64,000 nucleotides of DNA from NCBI GenBank assembly GCA_001029675.1, contig CP011210.1, forward strand, positions 128,193 through 192,192. The letters run 5' to 3'. This document shows, in pieces, positions 17,469 through 27,255 of this stretch (position 1 is the first letter of the stretch; the number at the start of each line of letters is the position of its first letter). Source of the DNA: Candidatus Beckwithbacteria bacterium GW2011_GWC1_49_16 (lineage in GTDB: Bacteria; Patescibacteriota; Microgenomatia; UBA1400; CG1-02-47-37). The position numbers and the translations under genes are program-made. Below the pieces are notes generated by a model. The model did not search any database, was not told the origin of the DNA, and saw nothing but the letters and a program-made list of their open reading frames with translations.

Positions 17469-17723
17469 ATGAAACAACTTCAAGGTAAACAGGATAAAGT
17501 TGAACAATCCCTGGCGCGGATTGAGGGGCAGGTGCGGGGCATCAGCAAGATGTACGGCGAGGGTAAGCCCTGTTTGGACGTGGTGCAGCAGGTGGCCGCT
17601 GCCCGGGAAGCTTTGGGGAGAATCGGCAGGGAGCTTCTTAAAGATGAAGCCACTCTGTGTATGACTAGCGAGAAAGAGAAACAAAAGTTTGACAAAATTT
17701 TAAAGCAGTTATTTAAAAGCTAG
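17469..17723 (+). CDS. CsoR/RcnR family transcriptional repressor
   Basis: LARIEGQVRGI.KM......C.DV..Q.AA...AL. Confidence 0.92.
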   Translation: MKQLQGKQDKVEQSLARIEGQVRGISKMYGEGKPCLDVVQQVAAAREALGRIGRELLKDEATLCMTSEKEKQKFDKILKQLFKS

Positions 17724-17732
17724 GAGTTATAT

Positions 17733-18059
17733 ATGCCAGCAGGGCATTTTACCGATCAAGACTTTGAGGACAAAGTCTTAAAGCAAAAAGGAGTGTTTTT
17801 CGTCGACTTTTACGCCGACTGGTGCGGGCCGTGTAAAATCTCCGGCCCGATCATCGACAAGCTGGCTGATGAGTACCAAGGCAAGCTGACTTTCGGCAAG
17901 GTCAATGTCGATGAGAACCAGGCCACCAGCCAAAAGTACGGGGTGATGAGCATCCCGACGGTGGTGGTTTTAAAAGACGGCCAAGAAGTCGATAGGATGA
18001 TCGGCTTTGCCGGCGAGGAAGGCTATGTCAAGATGATTAAGAAGGCGCTGGGGGAATGA
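17733..18059 (+). CDS. trxA: thioredoxin
   Basis: DFYADWCGPCK, SIPT. Confidence 0.96.
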   Translation: MPAGHFTDQDFEDKVLKQKGVFFVDFYADWCGPCKISGPIIDKLADEYQGKLTFGKVNVDENQATSQKYGVMSIPTVVVLKDGQEVDRMIGFAGEEGYVKMIKKALGE

Positions 18060-19027
18060 ACGAAGTGCGTAAAGTGATCATCATCGGGTCGGGGCCGGCG
18101 GGGTATGCCGCGGCGCTTTACAACGCCAGGGCAGCCCTGGTACCGTTGGTTTTGGCCGGGGGAAAATGGGGCGGGCAGTTGATGCTGACGACTAAGGTGG
18201 AAAACTGGCCGGGGAGTAACGAGGGTATCATGGGGCCGGATTTGATGGAAAAGATGCGCCAACAGGCTAAAAAGTTTGGCGCCGAGATCGTGGACAAGAA
18301 TGTGACGGCGGTGGATTTTTCGAAAAGGCCGTTTGAGATTCACCTCGGAGGAGTTCCGCCGGCCGGCGGACCACCGTCCGAGGTGTATTTGGCCGAGGCG
18401 GTGATCGTGGCTACCGGGGCAGAGGCCAAGATGCTTGAAGTTGGCGAGGAGAAGTTTTTGGGCCGGGGAGTGTCGACCTGCGCCGTCTGCGACGCGCCGT
18501 TTTACAAGGACAAAATCACTTTCGTGGTGGGCGGGGGCGACGCGGCCATGGAAGAGGCTCTGGCCTTGGTCAAGCACGCCAGGGAGGTGATTATAGTTCA
18601 CAGAAGAGACCAGTTTCGGGCTTCGCAAATCATGCAAGATCGGGTGTTAAAAGACCACGCAGACAAGATTAAAGTCATCTGGGACAGCCAGGTTGCCGGA
18701 GTGGCGGGGGAAGAGAATTTAACCAAGATTGTGGTGGAGAATGTTAAAACTCAAGCCAAACAAGAGTTAGCGGTTGACGGTTTGTTTATAGCCATTGGCC
18801 ATAAACCTAATACCCAAATTTTCAAAGGCCAGCTGGAACTTGATAAAAAGGGGTATTTGGTAACCCGTTGGGGTGATTTAGGAAACTTTCCCACCCAAAC
18901 CAGCGTCACAGGCGTTTTTGGCGCGGGGGACGTGGTGGATTTTAGGTATCGCCAGGCAGTGACCGCGGCCGGTTTTGGAGTCATGGCCGCTCTGGACGCG
19001 GAGCGCTGGCTGGAACAGCAAGGATGA
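18056..19027 (+). CDS. trxB: thioredoxin reductase
   Basis: IIGSGPAG, GGQL, CAVCD, GGGDAAMEEA, HRRD.FRA, GDV. Confidence 0.95.
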   Translation: MNEVRKVIIIGSGPAGYAAALYNARAALVPLVLAGGKWGGQLMLTTKVENWPGSNEGIMGPDLMEKMRQQAKKFGAEIVDKNVTAVDFSKRPFEIHLGGVPPAGGPPSEVYLAEAVIVATGAEAKMLEVGEEKFLGRGVSTCAVCDAPFYKDKITFVVGGGDAAMEEALALVKHAREVIIVHRRDQFRASQIMQDRVLKDHADKIKVIWDSQVAGVAGEENLTKIVVENVKTQAKQELAVDGLFIAIGHKPNTQIFKGQLELDKKGYLVTRWGDLGNFPTQTSVTGVFGAGDVVDFRYRQAVTAAGFGVMAALDAERWLEQQG

Positions 19028-19467
19028 TAGAGGTACTTAGAAGATTTCTAGGGCCAGCCCAGATTTTAGAGAAGGAAGATGTAGTGGTTGGGTCTGATTT
19101 CGATTTAGAAACAATAGGCGGAGAAAAGAGAAATTTATGGGTAGGGGAGAAGTTAGAGTTGGTGGCGGGAAATTTTAAGGGGGAGGGGGCGGTTTTGGAA
19201 ATTAAGGGTCCGCGAGAGGCATGGTTGTCCTTACACCACATTGATGGCGGTTTAAACTTTGTGTGTCACTTTTGGACCAATGGTGGATTAACAGCGGGAA
19301 AAGGTGAACACCCTTATCCTGGGACGAACCGATTTAACTGGCAGATAGGGAAGGGCAAGAATTTTGTCACCCTTGATGTGGATACGGGTTGTTTAATCGC
19401 CTTTGATTTAGGAACGATGAGGCAGGTAAGATTAAGATTGAAGGAAAGCCAAAAAACTGACGGTTGA
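19024..19467 (+). CDS. hypothetical orphan protein
   Basis: 147-aa ORF overlapping the trxB stop; AT-richer. Confidence 0.55.
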   Translation: MIEVLRRFLGPAQILEKEDVVVGSDFDLETIGGEKRNLWVGEKLELVAGNFKGEGAVLEIKGPREAWLSLHHIDGGLNFVCHFWTNGGLTAGKGEHPYPGTNRFNWQIGKGKNFVTLDVDTGCLIAFDLGTMRQVRLRLKESQKTDG

Positions 19468-19499
19468 CAAAAAAAATTATCTTTGTTGTAATTTAGTTC

Positions 19500-20258
19500 A
19501 TGGCCGAAGCTAAAAAAGAAACCAAAAAGGGCAAAAGCTTACTCCAACCGATTTTGATTGGTTTGTTAGTGATTGCCGCTTTTGCCATCGGCAGCATGTG
19601 GACGGAACTTAAAATGCTCAAAGGCGGGACGGGATTGGTGGGGACGACTCAGCAGGCAGGCCAGGGGGCGGCCGGTAGTGAAGCGGCGCCGGAAGAAATT
19701 ACCGAGTTGACCGATGAGCAGTGGCAGGAAGTTTTGGCCAAGCCGGCAGCGGTTAAAGGAGACGAAGGGGCAGAAGTAATCATGGTGGAGTTTACCGATT
19801 ATCAGTGCCCGTTTTGTAAGCGCCATTTTGACCAAACCGCAGCCCAAATCGATCAGGAATACACTGCTACGGGTAAAGTGCGTTACGTGATTCGGGATTT
19901 GCCTTTGTCTTTCCACCAAAATGCCCACGCGGCGGCCGAGGCGGCCCGGTGTGCCGGCGACCAGGAAGCCTATTTTGAATACCACGATAAGCTGTTTGAG
20001 ACCCAGACCGCTTGGGCGGAACTGGCTGACCCGAATGAGACTTTTAGCGGTTATGCCGGTGAACTGGGGCTTAATAGGTCAACTTTCTCCAGTTGTCTGA
20101 CCGACGGCAAGTATAAGGCCCAAGTGGATGAGGATTTGGGGCTAGCCCAAAAAGTGGGCGCCAATGGCACGCCGACTTTCTTCATCAACGGCAAGGCATT
20201 GGTCGGGGCCCAACCCTTTGCGGCCTTTAAGGCCATGCTCGACGCGGAACTTAATTAG
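19500..20258 (+). CDS. membrane-anchored DsbA-like thiol:disulfide oxidoreductase
   Basis: N-terminal TM, EFTDYQCPFC, GTPTFFING. Confidence 0.92.
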   Translation: MAEAKKETKKGKSLLQPILIGLLVIAAFAIGSMWTELKMLKGGTGLVGTTQQAGQGAAGSEAAPEEITELTDEQWQEVLAKPAAVKGDEGAEVIMVEFTDYQCPFCKRHFDQTAAQIDQEYTATGKVRYVIRDLPLSFHQNAHAAAEAARCAGDQEAYFEYHDKLFETQTAWAELADPNETFSGYAGELGLNRSTFSSCLTDGKYKAQVDEDLGLAQKVGANGTPTFFINGKALVGAQPFAAFKAMLDAELN

Positions 20259-20340
20259 GCGCCGGGCATCAGCTTCTAGCTTCTAGAATTACCCTATAGA
20301 GTTGAAAATTCTGATTATTTATGATATTGGTGTCAGTATT

Positions 20341-20670
20341 ATGGAAGGAGAGAGGAAATTTGACAGAGGTGGAGTCGGAGAAGAGTTTACGGTTAAAGCC
20401 GGAACCCCTCTTGAAGCTCTTATGAGTTTAAGGGCGTCGGTGATAATGTCAGAAAGGATGCCGACCATGATACAGAGAGGAGAAGCCAGGCGAAAGTCTT
20501 TTTTAGACGCGGTGCGATTTTTAAGAAGAACACCCGATGTAGACAAAAGAAAATCTTTATTAGAGGGTCTTAGGTCGACCGAGCCTGGGGTAGCCCAAAA
20601 AGTAGAGCGGACTTTGAACTTAACCAAGGCAATTGTGGTGATGATGCAGACGGCTAAAAGCCAGGGTTGA
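20341..20670 (+). CDS. hypothetical orphan protein
   Basis: ORF from ATG 20341; no motif. Confidence 0.45.
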   Translation: MEGERKFDRGGVGEEFTVKAGTPLEALMSLRASVIMSERMPTMIQRGEARRKSFLDAVRFLRRTPDVDKRKSLLEGLRSTEPGVAQKVERTLNLTKAIVVMMQTAKSQG

Positions 20671-20699
20671 AAACGGTAGGGTTTGGTATAATTGGCGCT

Positions 20700-21596
20700 A
20701 TGAAGAAATTGGCACTTGGGTGTTTGAGTTTCATTATGTTTTTGTCTCTGGCGGTTGTAGTTCCCGCCTACGTCCAAGGCTTCGGCGAGGCAAAGGAAGC
20801 CACCGAGGCGGCGTCGACGGTGGCGACCGAGTCGGCCACCAAGCAAATCGAAGCGGCGGTTAAGGAGGACATTACCGAGAGAACCTCGCCGGCCAAAGGC
20901 AGACTAGAGCGGTATTTAGCCGAGAAGGAGTTGGGAGAGCTTTCTTACAGGAACTTTTTACAGCACGCCATTAGAAGAGCGGTAGCCCAGGGAGTCTCGG
21001 CCAACACCATCGTTTTGGTGCTACTTTTTCCGTTGGTGGCAGGGTTGATTGCCGCTGGCCGCCATCTTTTGGGACTAACCGGATTTGGCATTTTTGTGCC
21101 GGCGATGCTGGCGGTGGCATTCCTTGCTACCGGGATCAAGGTGGGCATGGTTTTGTTTGTAGTGATTTGGCTTTTGGCGACTGCCTCCAGGGGGTTGACG
21201 GGCAGGTTAAAGCTGCAGTATCTACCGCGAATGGCGCTGTTGATGTGGTTTGTGTCGGTGGGGGTGTTGGCGGTGATGCTCGCGGCAGTCAACATCAACT
21301 TTGGGGAACTCTCGGCCGTGTCGATTTTTCCGATCTTGATTTTGATGTTACTAGCCGAAAACTTTATCGAAGTCCAGGCGGGCAAAAGCGGCCGGGAGGC
21401 TTTTCTGGTGACTTTGCAGACTATCATTATGGCGGTAGCGGCGGCTTTGGTGCTGCGGCTTGATCTGGTGCAGCGCCTGGTGCTTTTAAACCCGGAAATT
21501 TTTCTGCTCGCGGTGGCAATATTTGACGTTTACGTGGGCCGCTACGTGGGCTTGAGGGCTTTGGAGTGGGTGAAGTTTAAAAAACTACTTAGATAA
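20700..21596 (+). CDS. 7TM domain protein of the ATP-grasp-associated (7TM_transglut-like) family
   Basis: RHLLGLTGFGIFVP, LQYLPRMA, FPILIL...E, GRYVGLRALE. Confidence 0.85.
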   Translation: MKKLALGCLSFIMFLSLAVVVPAYVQGFGEAKEATEAASTVATESATKQIEAAVKEDITERTSPAKGRLERYLAEKELGELSYRNFLQHAIRRAVAQGVSANTIVLVLLFPLVAGLIAAGRHLLGLTGFGIFVPAMLAVAFLATGIKVGMVLFVVIWLLATASRGLTGRLKLQYLPRMALLMWFVSVGVLAVMLAAVNINFGELSAVSIFPILILMLLAENFIEVQAGKSGREAFLVTLQTIIMAVAAALVLRLDLVQRLVLLNPEIFLLAVAIFDVYVGRYVGLRALEWVKFKKLLR

Positions 21597-21610
21597 GTGG
21601 TTGGGGGATT

Positions 21611-22939
21611 ATGAGGCGCAGCGACATTTTGGGCATGAACGCCAGAAACCACTTGTATCAGTCGCGCTACAACAAGCCCAAGGGTAAAAAGATTGCCGGC
21701 TCGAAGTTACTGACTAAGTCGACTTTGAGAAAAGCGAGGCTGGCCGTGCCTAAACTTTACCGGGTGTTTAAAAGAGAAGAGGCGGTGGAAAAGTATGATT
21801 TTATGAAGCTGCCGGAGAGTTTTGTGGTCAAGCCCAGCCAGGGTTTGGGCGGAGAAGGGATTTTGGTAATTGAGCGAGGAGGGGAATATGCCGGCGAGTG
21901 GGTGACGGTGGACAAACAGTTGGTGGCAGCCAACGATTTAAGGCTTCACATCAAGGATATCTTGGCGGGCAAGTACTCGATGCATGATTTGCCGGACACG
22001 GCCTTTGTGGAGGAGAGGGTGAGGGTGCACCCGAGATTTAGCCCAATTTCCTTTCAGGGGACGCCGGATATAGGGGTGTTGGTGTTTAACCGGGTGCCGG
22101 TGATGGCCTTTTTGCGGTTGGCGACCAGAGAATCTCACGGCAAAGCCAACATGTTTCAGGGGGCGGTGGCCTGCGGCATTGACATGGCCACCGGAGTGAC
22201 CACCGACGCGGTCAGACACACCAGCCAGATTACTTTTTTCCCGGGAACCAGAAGGAAGCTTAGAGGCATTAGGGTTCCCCGGTGGGATAAAGTTTTGAGG
22301 CTGGCGGTGGAGGCGGCCGAGGCGGTGGGGTTGGGGTTTTGCCGGGTGGACGTGGCGCTTCAGCCGAAGTTAACCCGTGAGGGGAAACTGAAAAGCAAGC
22401 CGATGGTGCTGGAGGTCAATTCCCAACCGGGCTTGAAAATTCAGCTGGCCAATGCGGCGGGGTTAAGGCGGAGACTGACGCGGGTTGAGGGGCTTAAGGT
22501 GAAGACGGTGAGGCAAGGTTTGGAGATCGGCAAGCAATTGTTCGCCGCTCGGGACGAAGCCGAGTCGATTCAGGGCGGGGTGGTGCACGTGGGGGTGTTT
22601 GAGAACCTGGAAGTGGAGGATTTTTTGGGAGAAAAACACCAAGTGGCGGCCAAGATTGACACCGGCGCCTTTAGGACCTCGATCGACGAGGCTTTGGCCA
22701 AAAGGCTGGGGTTGACAGACCCGGAAAACGTGCTGTGGAACGTGGGTTATAGAAGCGCCTTGGGCAGGGAAGAGCGGAAAGTGGTGGGGCTGACTTTTTG
22801 GCTTCGCGATAAAAAGATCAAGACCAGCGCTTCGGTGGCAGACAGGTCTAAACTCAAACGGCCGATGATTGTCGGCAGGAGGGATTTATTGGGATTTTCT
22901 TTGCGGGTGAGAGAGAAGGAAGCCGAGCAGGAGGCTTAA
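21611..22939 (+). CDS. alpha-L-glutamate-ligase-like ATP-grasp protein fused to a retropepsin-like aspartic protease
   Basis: ILGMNARN, FVVKP..G.GGEGI, G.AN..QGA..GID, LEVNSQPGL.IQLAN; C-terminal AKIDTGA..TSID and IVGRRDL. Confidence 0.88.
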   Translation: MRRSDILGMNARNHLYQSRYNKPKGKKIAGSKLLTKSTLRKARLAVPKLYRVFKREEAVEKYDFMKLPESFVVKPSQGLGGEGILVIERGGEYAGEWVTVDKQLVAANDLRLHIKDILAGKYSMHDLPDTAFVEERVRVHPRFSPISFQGTPDIGVLVFNRVPVMAFLRLATRESHGKANMFQGAVACGIDMATGVTTDAVRHTSQITFFPGTRRKLRGIRVPRWDKVLRLAVEAAEAVGLGFCRVDVALQPKLTREGKLKSKPMVLEVNSQPGLKIQLANAAGLRRRLTRVEGLKVKTVRQGLEIGKQLFAARDEAESIQGGVVHVGVFENLEVEDFLGEKHQVAAKIDTGAFRTSIDEALAKRLGLTDPENVLWNVGYRSALGREERKVVGLTFWLRDKKIKTSASVADRSKLKRPMIVGRRDLLGFSLRVREKEAEQEA

Positions 22940-22946
22940 TAAATCA

Positions 22947-24491
22947 ATGTTGTTTGTTGATAGCGATTGGCAGAAAAGCAAAGAGGCGGTACGGCAGGCG
23001 CTTGGTCGGGTTGATAAAAATTTGGTCGGCATCGGGGTGACGGCGTTTAACCGGATCAGCCCCGCCTTGGTATCGGATAAGTTTCAGTTGGTGTGCCACC
23101 GGGCCGGTTCGGATTTGCCATATTTGAGAAAAATTGCCAAAGTGACGGCTATCTCCGAGAGTTGGCCGGAAACGGCGGGGATGACGAGGTACAACAGTTT
23201 GGCGATTTTACAACACCCGGGAGTGGAGCAGTATTTGACCAGTCTAGGTAAGGTTGGGGTGTTTGTTTACAAAACCAGCGAGCGGGTGGACAGGCTGTGT
23301 GACGAGCGGGGTTATCAGTTGATTGCCAACCGGCACGAGATCAGAGATAAGTTTGAGAACAAGAAGGATTTTCGGGTGATCGGTAAAAAAATTGGCCTGA
23401 AGATGATCGGGGGCGAGACGATAAAGATTGATGACTTAAGCGACGAGAAATATGGAGAGTTAGTTGGTAAGATGGGGGATAAACTTGTTCTGCAGCTGAC
23501 CGAGTTGTCCCGCGGCGGCGGGTCGGGAACTTTTTTTATTAACAACAAGGGTGATCTTGAAAAATTCAGAGAAGTGGTGGCGGAAAAAGGGGAGAATCGG
23601 GAAGAAGAGGAGAAGCTGACGTTTGTCAATGTGACCCAGTTTGTCGAGGGAATTGCCGGCAGCATTACCGGCTGTGTCACAAGAGAAGGGGTGCTGACCG
23701 GGGTAGTTCAGACCCAGGTGGTGGACGTGCCCGAGCTGGTGCGACGCGACACCGGCCGCAGTGGAGTGTTTCGGGGGCACGACTGGAGTGTATTTCACTA
23801 TTCGGACAAGGTTCAAAGACAGGCCGAGAAGATGGCCGAGGCTTTGGGCGGCTTTATGGCGAAAGAGGGCTATAAGGGGATTTTTGGCATTGATTTGATC
23901 ATCGACCGGGAGCGGGACGAGGTGTACCCGGTGGAGTGCAACCCCCGCTACACCGGGGCGTTTCCGGTTTACAGCCTGCTTCAGGCGCAAGCGAACGAAG
24001 TGCCGCTGGACGTGTTTCAGCTGTTGGAGTTTTTGGGGGTTGACTACGCTTATGATTTTGAGGCGGTCAATCAAAGCTGGAAAACGCCAAAGTTTGGAGC
24101 CCACCTGGTGCTTCACAACCGCGACCACGAGAACTGGGTGAGGGCGGGCGGGGAGCTGGCGGCAGGGGTGTATCGGTTTAAGGTTGAGGCAGACGACAAG
24201 GTGGAGCTGACATTTTTAAGGGAAGGCTTTCAGCCGGAGGATTTGCGGGGAGAGGACGAGTTGGTGTTGACCGACGGGGTGCCTTACAAGGGGGATTTGA
24301 TTAAACCGCATTTACGCTGCGGCAAGTTGATTTTTGCCGGCAAGGTTTTAAACAAGATTCATGACCAGTTGACGGCGGAAGCCAGCGCTGTGGTCAAAGA
24401 AGTTTACCGCCGGTTTGACTTTCAGGTGGTGGACGTGCCCGAGGACGACTGGCGCTGGGAGAGAAGAATGGCTAGTGAAGCAAACGCTTGA
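22947..24491 (+). CDS. ATP-grasp domain protein
   Basis: FENK..F, GGSGTFF, YKGIFGIDLI, VECNPRYTG. Confidence 0.82.
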   Translation: MLFVDSDWQKSKEAVRQALGRVDKNLVGIGVTAFNRISPALVSDKFQLVCHRAGSDLPYLRKIAKVTAISESWPETAGMTRYNSLAILQHPGVEQYLTSLGKVGVFVYKTSERVDRLCDERGYQLIANRHEIRDKFENKKDFRVIGKKIGLKMIGGETIKIDDLSDEKYGELVGKMGDKLVLQLTELSRGGGSGTFFINNKGDLEKFREVVAEKGENREEEEKLTFVNVTQFVEGIAGSITGCVTREGVLTGVVQTQVVDVPELVRRDTGRSGVFRGHDWSVFHYSDKVQRQAEKMAEALGGFMAKEGYKGIFGIDLIIDRERDEVYPVECNPRYTGAFPVYSLLQAQANEVPLDVFQLLEFLGVDYAYDFEAVNQSWKTPKFGAHLVLHNRDHENWVRAGGELAAGVYRFKVEADDKVELTFLREGFQPEDLRGEDELVLTDGVPYKGDLIKPHLRCGKLIFAGKVLNKIHDQLTAEASAVVKEVYRRFDFQVVDVPEDDWRWERRMASEANA

Positions 24492-24543
24492 CAGCTTAAG
24501 GTTATAGGTTATAATACGGGCAAATTTTAAAAAAGGACAGAAA

Positions 24544-25383
24544 ATGGTCATCGGCGAAAGACTGGCAGCAAGAGGAGACCAAGCACGACTGGGCACATCT
24601 CATTTAGTGGAAATGGCTACGGGGACCTTAACTTTGGAAAATAACCAGGCGATTGTGGAGCTAATCGAGAGGCAAAATCAGGTAAAGGCCGACCTACGTT
24701 ATCGAAAATTTGAATATATTTACGACTGGGTTCAGAAGGCGAGGGATATTAGGGATTGCGATTTTCATACGGATGAAATTTTCTTGATTTATTTAGAAGG
24801 AAAAGGTTATCAAAAAGGAATTGCTGAAACTGGACTGTTAGTTGAAGGGGTTAACGAGACAGTAATGTATATGGTTGATAGAGAACGAAGAGGTTTAATC
24901 GTAGAAGAGGTGGGATTTTATAGAGAACTTATTGGGAAGGGGGTCACTTTTAGGCTGCCTATATCCCCACAGGGCAAGATTTTTTTTGGAAGAGACAAGA
25001 TTATGGTAAGGTTGGAGGAGAAAAAGCCAGAACCAGAATTTCCTAAGCATGTTAAATCTTACTTTGGTTCTTTAGAGGATGAGAATATTAGTGGTTGGAT
25101 GGGGATGATCAATGTGGTCGATGTTGACCTGATAGAAAAAATGGGAAAATGGCAAGATGGGTTTGATTCTGTAACTTCAGACTTGAAAAGTGGTGGGGAA
25201 GTAAAAAAGAAGCAATACAGAAGACTTGATAAACAAATGAGGTGGATGGAAAAAAGGCTAGCAACCTACGGTAATCAACCACATGATGGATTTGTTGACG
25301 AAGCCGTGGATTTAGTAAGGACGCTGAGAAAATTTGAGCTTACCAAGGAAGTGTTGCAGGCTGATTTTAGGAGTAGTGACTAA
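24544..25383 (+). CDS. hypothetical orphan protein
   Basis: 279-aa AT-rich ORF preceded by TTGACA..TATAAT and AAGGA. Confidence 0.65.
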   Translation: MVIGERLAARGDQARLGTSHLVEMATGTLTLENNQAIVELIERQNQVKADLRYRKFEYIYDWVQKARDIRDCDFHTDEIFLIYLEGKGYQKGIAETGLLVEGVNETVMYMVDRERRGLIVEEVGFYRELIGKGVTFRLPISPQGKIFFGRDKIMVRLEEKKPEPEFPKHVKSYFGSLEDENISGWMGMINVVDVDLIEKMGKWQDGFDSVTSDLKSGGEVKKKQYRRLDKQMRWMEKRLATYGNQPHDGFVDEAVDLVRTLRKFELTKEVLQADFRSSD

Positions 25384-25480
25384 AGTTGAAAAATTGAGGT
25401 TTTTCACTAGGCTGAATATACAGCTAAGCTGATAAGGGCAAAAAGAGAATTTAATGTTTACCTAATGAGGTGTAATGATA

Positions 25481-25885
25481 TTATTTCGAATCTTTAATCT
25501 TTGGAAAAGCCATAGAAGCTAGAATTGCACTAATGGTTCCGACTGCAACGTCTCCTAAAAATTCTGGATTTGGTTTTGATAAGTTTTCAACTAAGACATT
25601 AATTAAAGTTACAGAAACAACAGTTAAGGCGTTCCGCTGCGAGTTGGTAAGCCTAAACATTTCTGTTGACTCTATAGGAGTTGATATAATTTCTAGAGAG
25701 GTTATTAAGAATCTGTTTAGATGAAAGAGTGCTTGAGATGCGTTAAAGTTGCCAATGTGATTTTCTAAAAATGTTCCTTGACCAAGAATGTATGGATCAA
25801 TTCTTTTAGCAAAATTCATGGCTACGCCAGCAGTTATACCAATGAAGCCAACTGTTTTTGTTAGAGATCTTTCTGTTTGCGGCAT
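25481..25885 (-). CDS. hypothetical orphan membrane protein
   Basis: 134-aa AT-rich ORF with hydrophobic segments. Confidence 0.55.
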   Translation of the reverse strand: MPQTERSLTKTVGFIGITAGVAMNFAKRIDPYILGQGTFLENHIGNFNASQALFHLNRFLITSLEIISTPIESTEMFRLTNSQRNALTVVSVTLINVLVENLSKPNPEFLGDVAVGTISAILASMAFPKIKDSK

Positions 25886-25941
25886 AATTTGGCTATGCTA
25901 TCATAGTTATAGGATATTGGAAGCTTTTGATAGAATACGGT

Positions 25942-27120
25942 ATGAGGAGGGGTAAGATAAAAGTTGCCGTGGGGATTTCTGGTGGGGTCGATTCAGCGCT
26001 GGCGGCGGCGCTTTTGAAAGAGAAAGGGTTTGACGTCACCGGAGTGTTTATGGAGTGCTGGAACGAGCCGGGGTGTAGGACCGACGAGGACAGAAAAGAC
26101 GCGCTTAAAGTGGCCTTGAAGCTAAAAATCCCTTTTAAGGTTTTGGACTTTAAAAAGGAATATAAAAGAAAAGTGGTGGATTGGTTTTTTGGGCAGTACC
26201 AAAAGGGCAGAACGCCTAATCCTGATATAGTTTGTAATAGAGAGATAAAGTTTGGTAGGTTTTTATCGTGGGCAGAAAAGCACGGTTTTGATTATATAGC
26301 TACCGGACATTATGCCAGAATATCGCAAACCGCCCACATGCCTTTCCAGAAAACCACAGGTTCGCTGGCCAGCGCCAGCGACCTCTTGCGTACTCGCCCG
26401 GCTGAGTCGCCTAAGGCGACACCAGCTCAGCCAGGCTCCGTAAGCTTTTCTGTAAAGGACGCGGGCGATTTACGTTTACTTCAGGGTGTAGATAAGCAAA
26501 AGGATCAGACGTATTTTTTGGCGCTGTTGACGCAGAAGCAGTTAGGAAAGGCGATGTTTCCGGTAGGCCACATGTTAAAAAGCCAAGTGAGGCGGGAGGC
26601 GAAAAAGCGGGGCTTGGCCGTTTGGGATAAAAAGGACTCGACCGGGATTTGTTTTATCGGCCACGATTACCGCTTTGACGAGTTTTTGAAAAGAAGGATT
26701 GCCGAGCATCCCGGCGAGGTGGTGGATACTAGCGGTAAAGTAGTCGGCAAGCACCGCGGGGTGGAGTTTTACACCATCGGCCAACGGCACGGGTTTGAGG
26801 TTAAGCTCGCCTCGACCCAAAGACCCAAACTTTATGTGGTTGCCAAAGAAGCAAAGACAAATCGGTTGGTGGTGGGAAGCAAGAAAGACCTTAAAAGAGG
26901 CGAATTTAAAGTTGAGGGGTGGAGCTTAATCGGGGGACCCCGCATCACATTGGGTGCGGGGTTGCGAGTACGCATCAGACACCAGGGGGAGCTTACGGGG
27001 TGTAGGGTTTTGGGAAAAACAGTTAAGCTTAAGAAGTTAGTGGAGGGTGTAGCGTCGGGGCAGGTGGCGGTAATTTACAGGGGGGAGGAGTGTTTGGGCG
27101 GGGGAGTGATTGAGGATTGA
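25942..27120 (+). CDS. mnmA: tRNA 2-thiouridine(34) synthase MnmA with an in-frame insertion of about 50 codons
   Basis: SGGVDS, TPNPDIVCN, ATGHYAR, KDQTYFL, DSTGICFIG, YTIGQR, GQ. Confidence 0.95.
   Translation: MRRGKIKVAVGISGGVDSALAAALLKEKGFDVTGVFMECWNEPGCRTDEDRKDALKVALKLKIPFKVLDFKKEYKRKVVDWFFGQYQKGRTPNPDIVCNREIKFGRFLSWAEKHGFDYIATGHYARISQTAHMPFQKTTGSLASASDLLRTRPAESPKATPAQPGSVSFSVKDAGDLRLLQGVDKQKDQTYFLALLTQKQLGKAMFPVGHMLKSQVRREAKKRGLAVWDKKDSTGICFIGHDYRFDEFLKRRIAEHPGEVVDTSGKVVGKHRGVEFYTIGQRHGFEVKLASTQRPKLYVVAKEAKTNRLVVGSKKDLKRGEFKVEGWSLIGGPRITLGAGLRVRIRHQGELTGCRVLGKTVKLKKLVEGVASGQVAVIYRGEECLGGGVIED
26324..26474. mobile_element. 151-bp MITE-like palindromic element inserted in-frame in mnmA
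   Basis: Imperfect about 29-bp terminal inverted repeats (26324-26353 / 26446-26474) and two internal hairpins. Confidence 0.75.
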
Positions 27121-27146
27121 CCGGTTGAAAGGGAGTGATATATAAT
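27117..27146 (+). promoter_or_regulatory. candidate rRNA operon promoter
   Basis: TTGACC-18 nt-TATAAT. Confidence 0.55.
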
Positions 27147-27255
27147 ATGGTCATCATGACATAAGAAAGGCAACCAGTTTGTGGGGCTTTGATCCCGACT
27201 CTGGTCGGGACTTTTTTTGTCCGCGTAAAGCTTACGCCACGCGGCAAGCGCAGAA

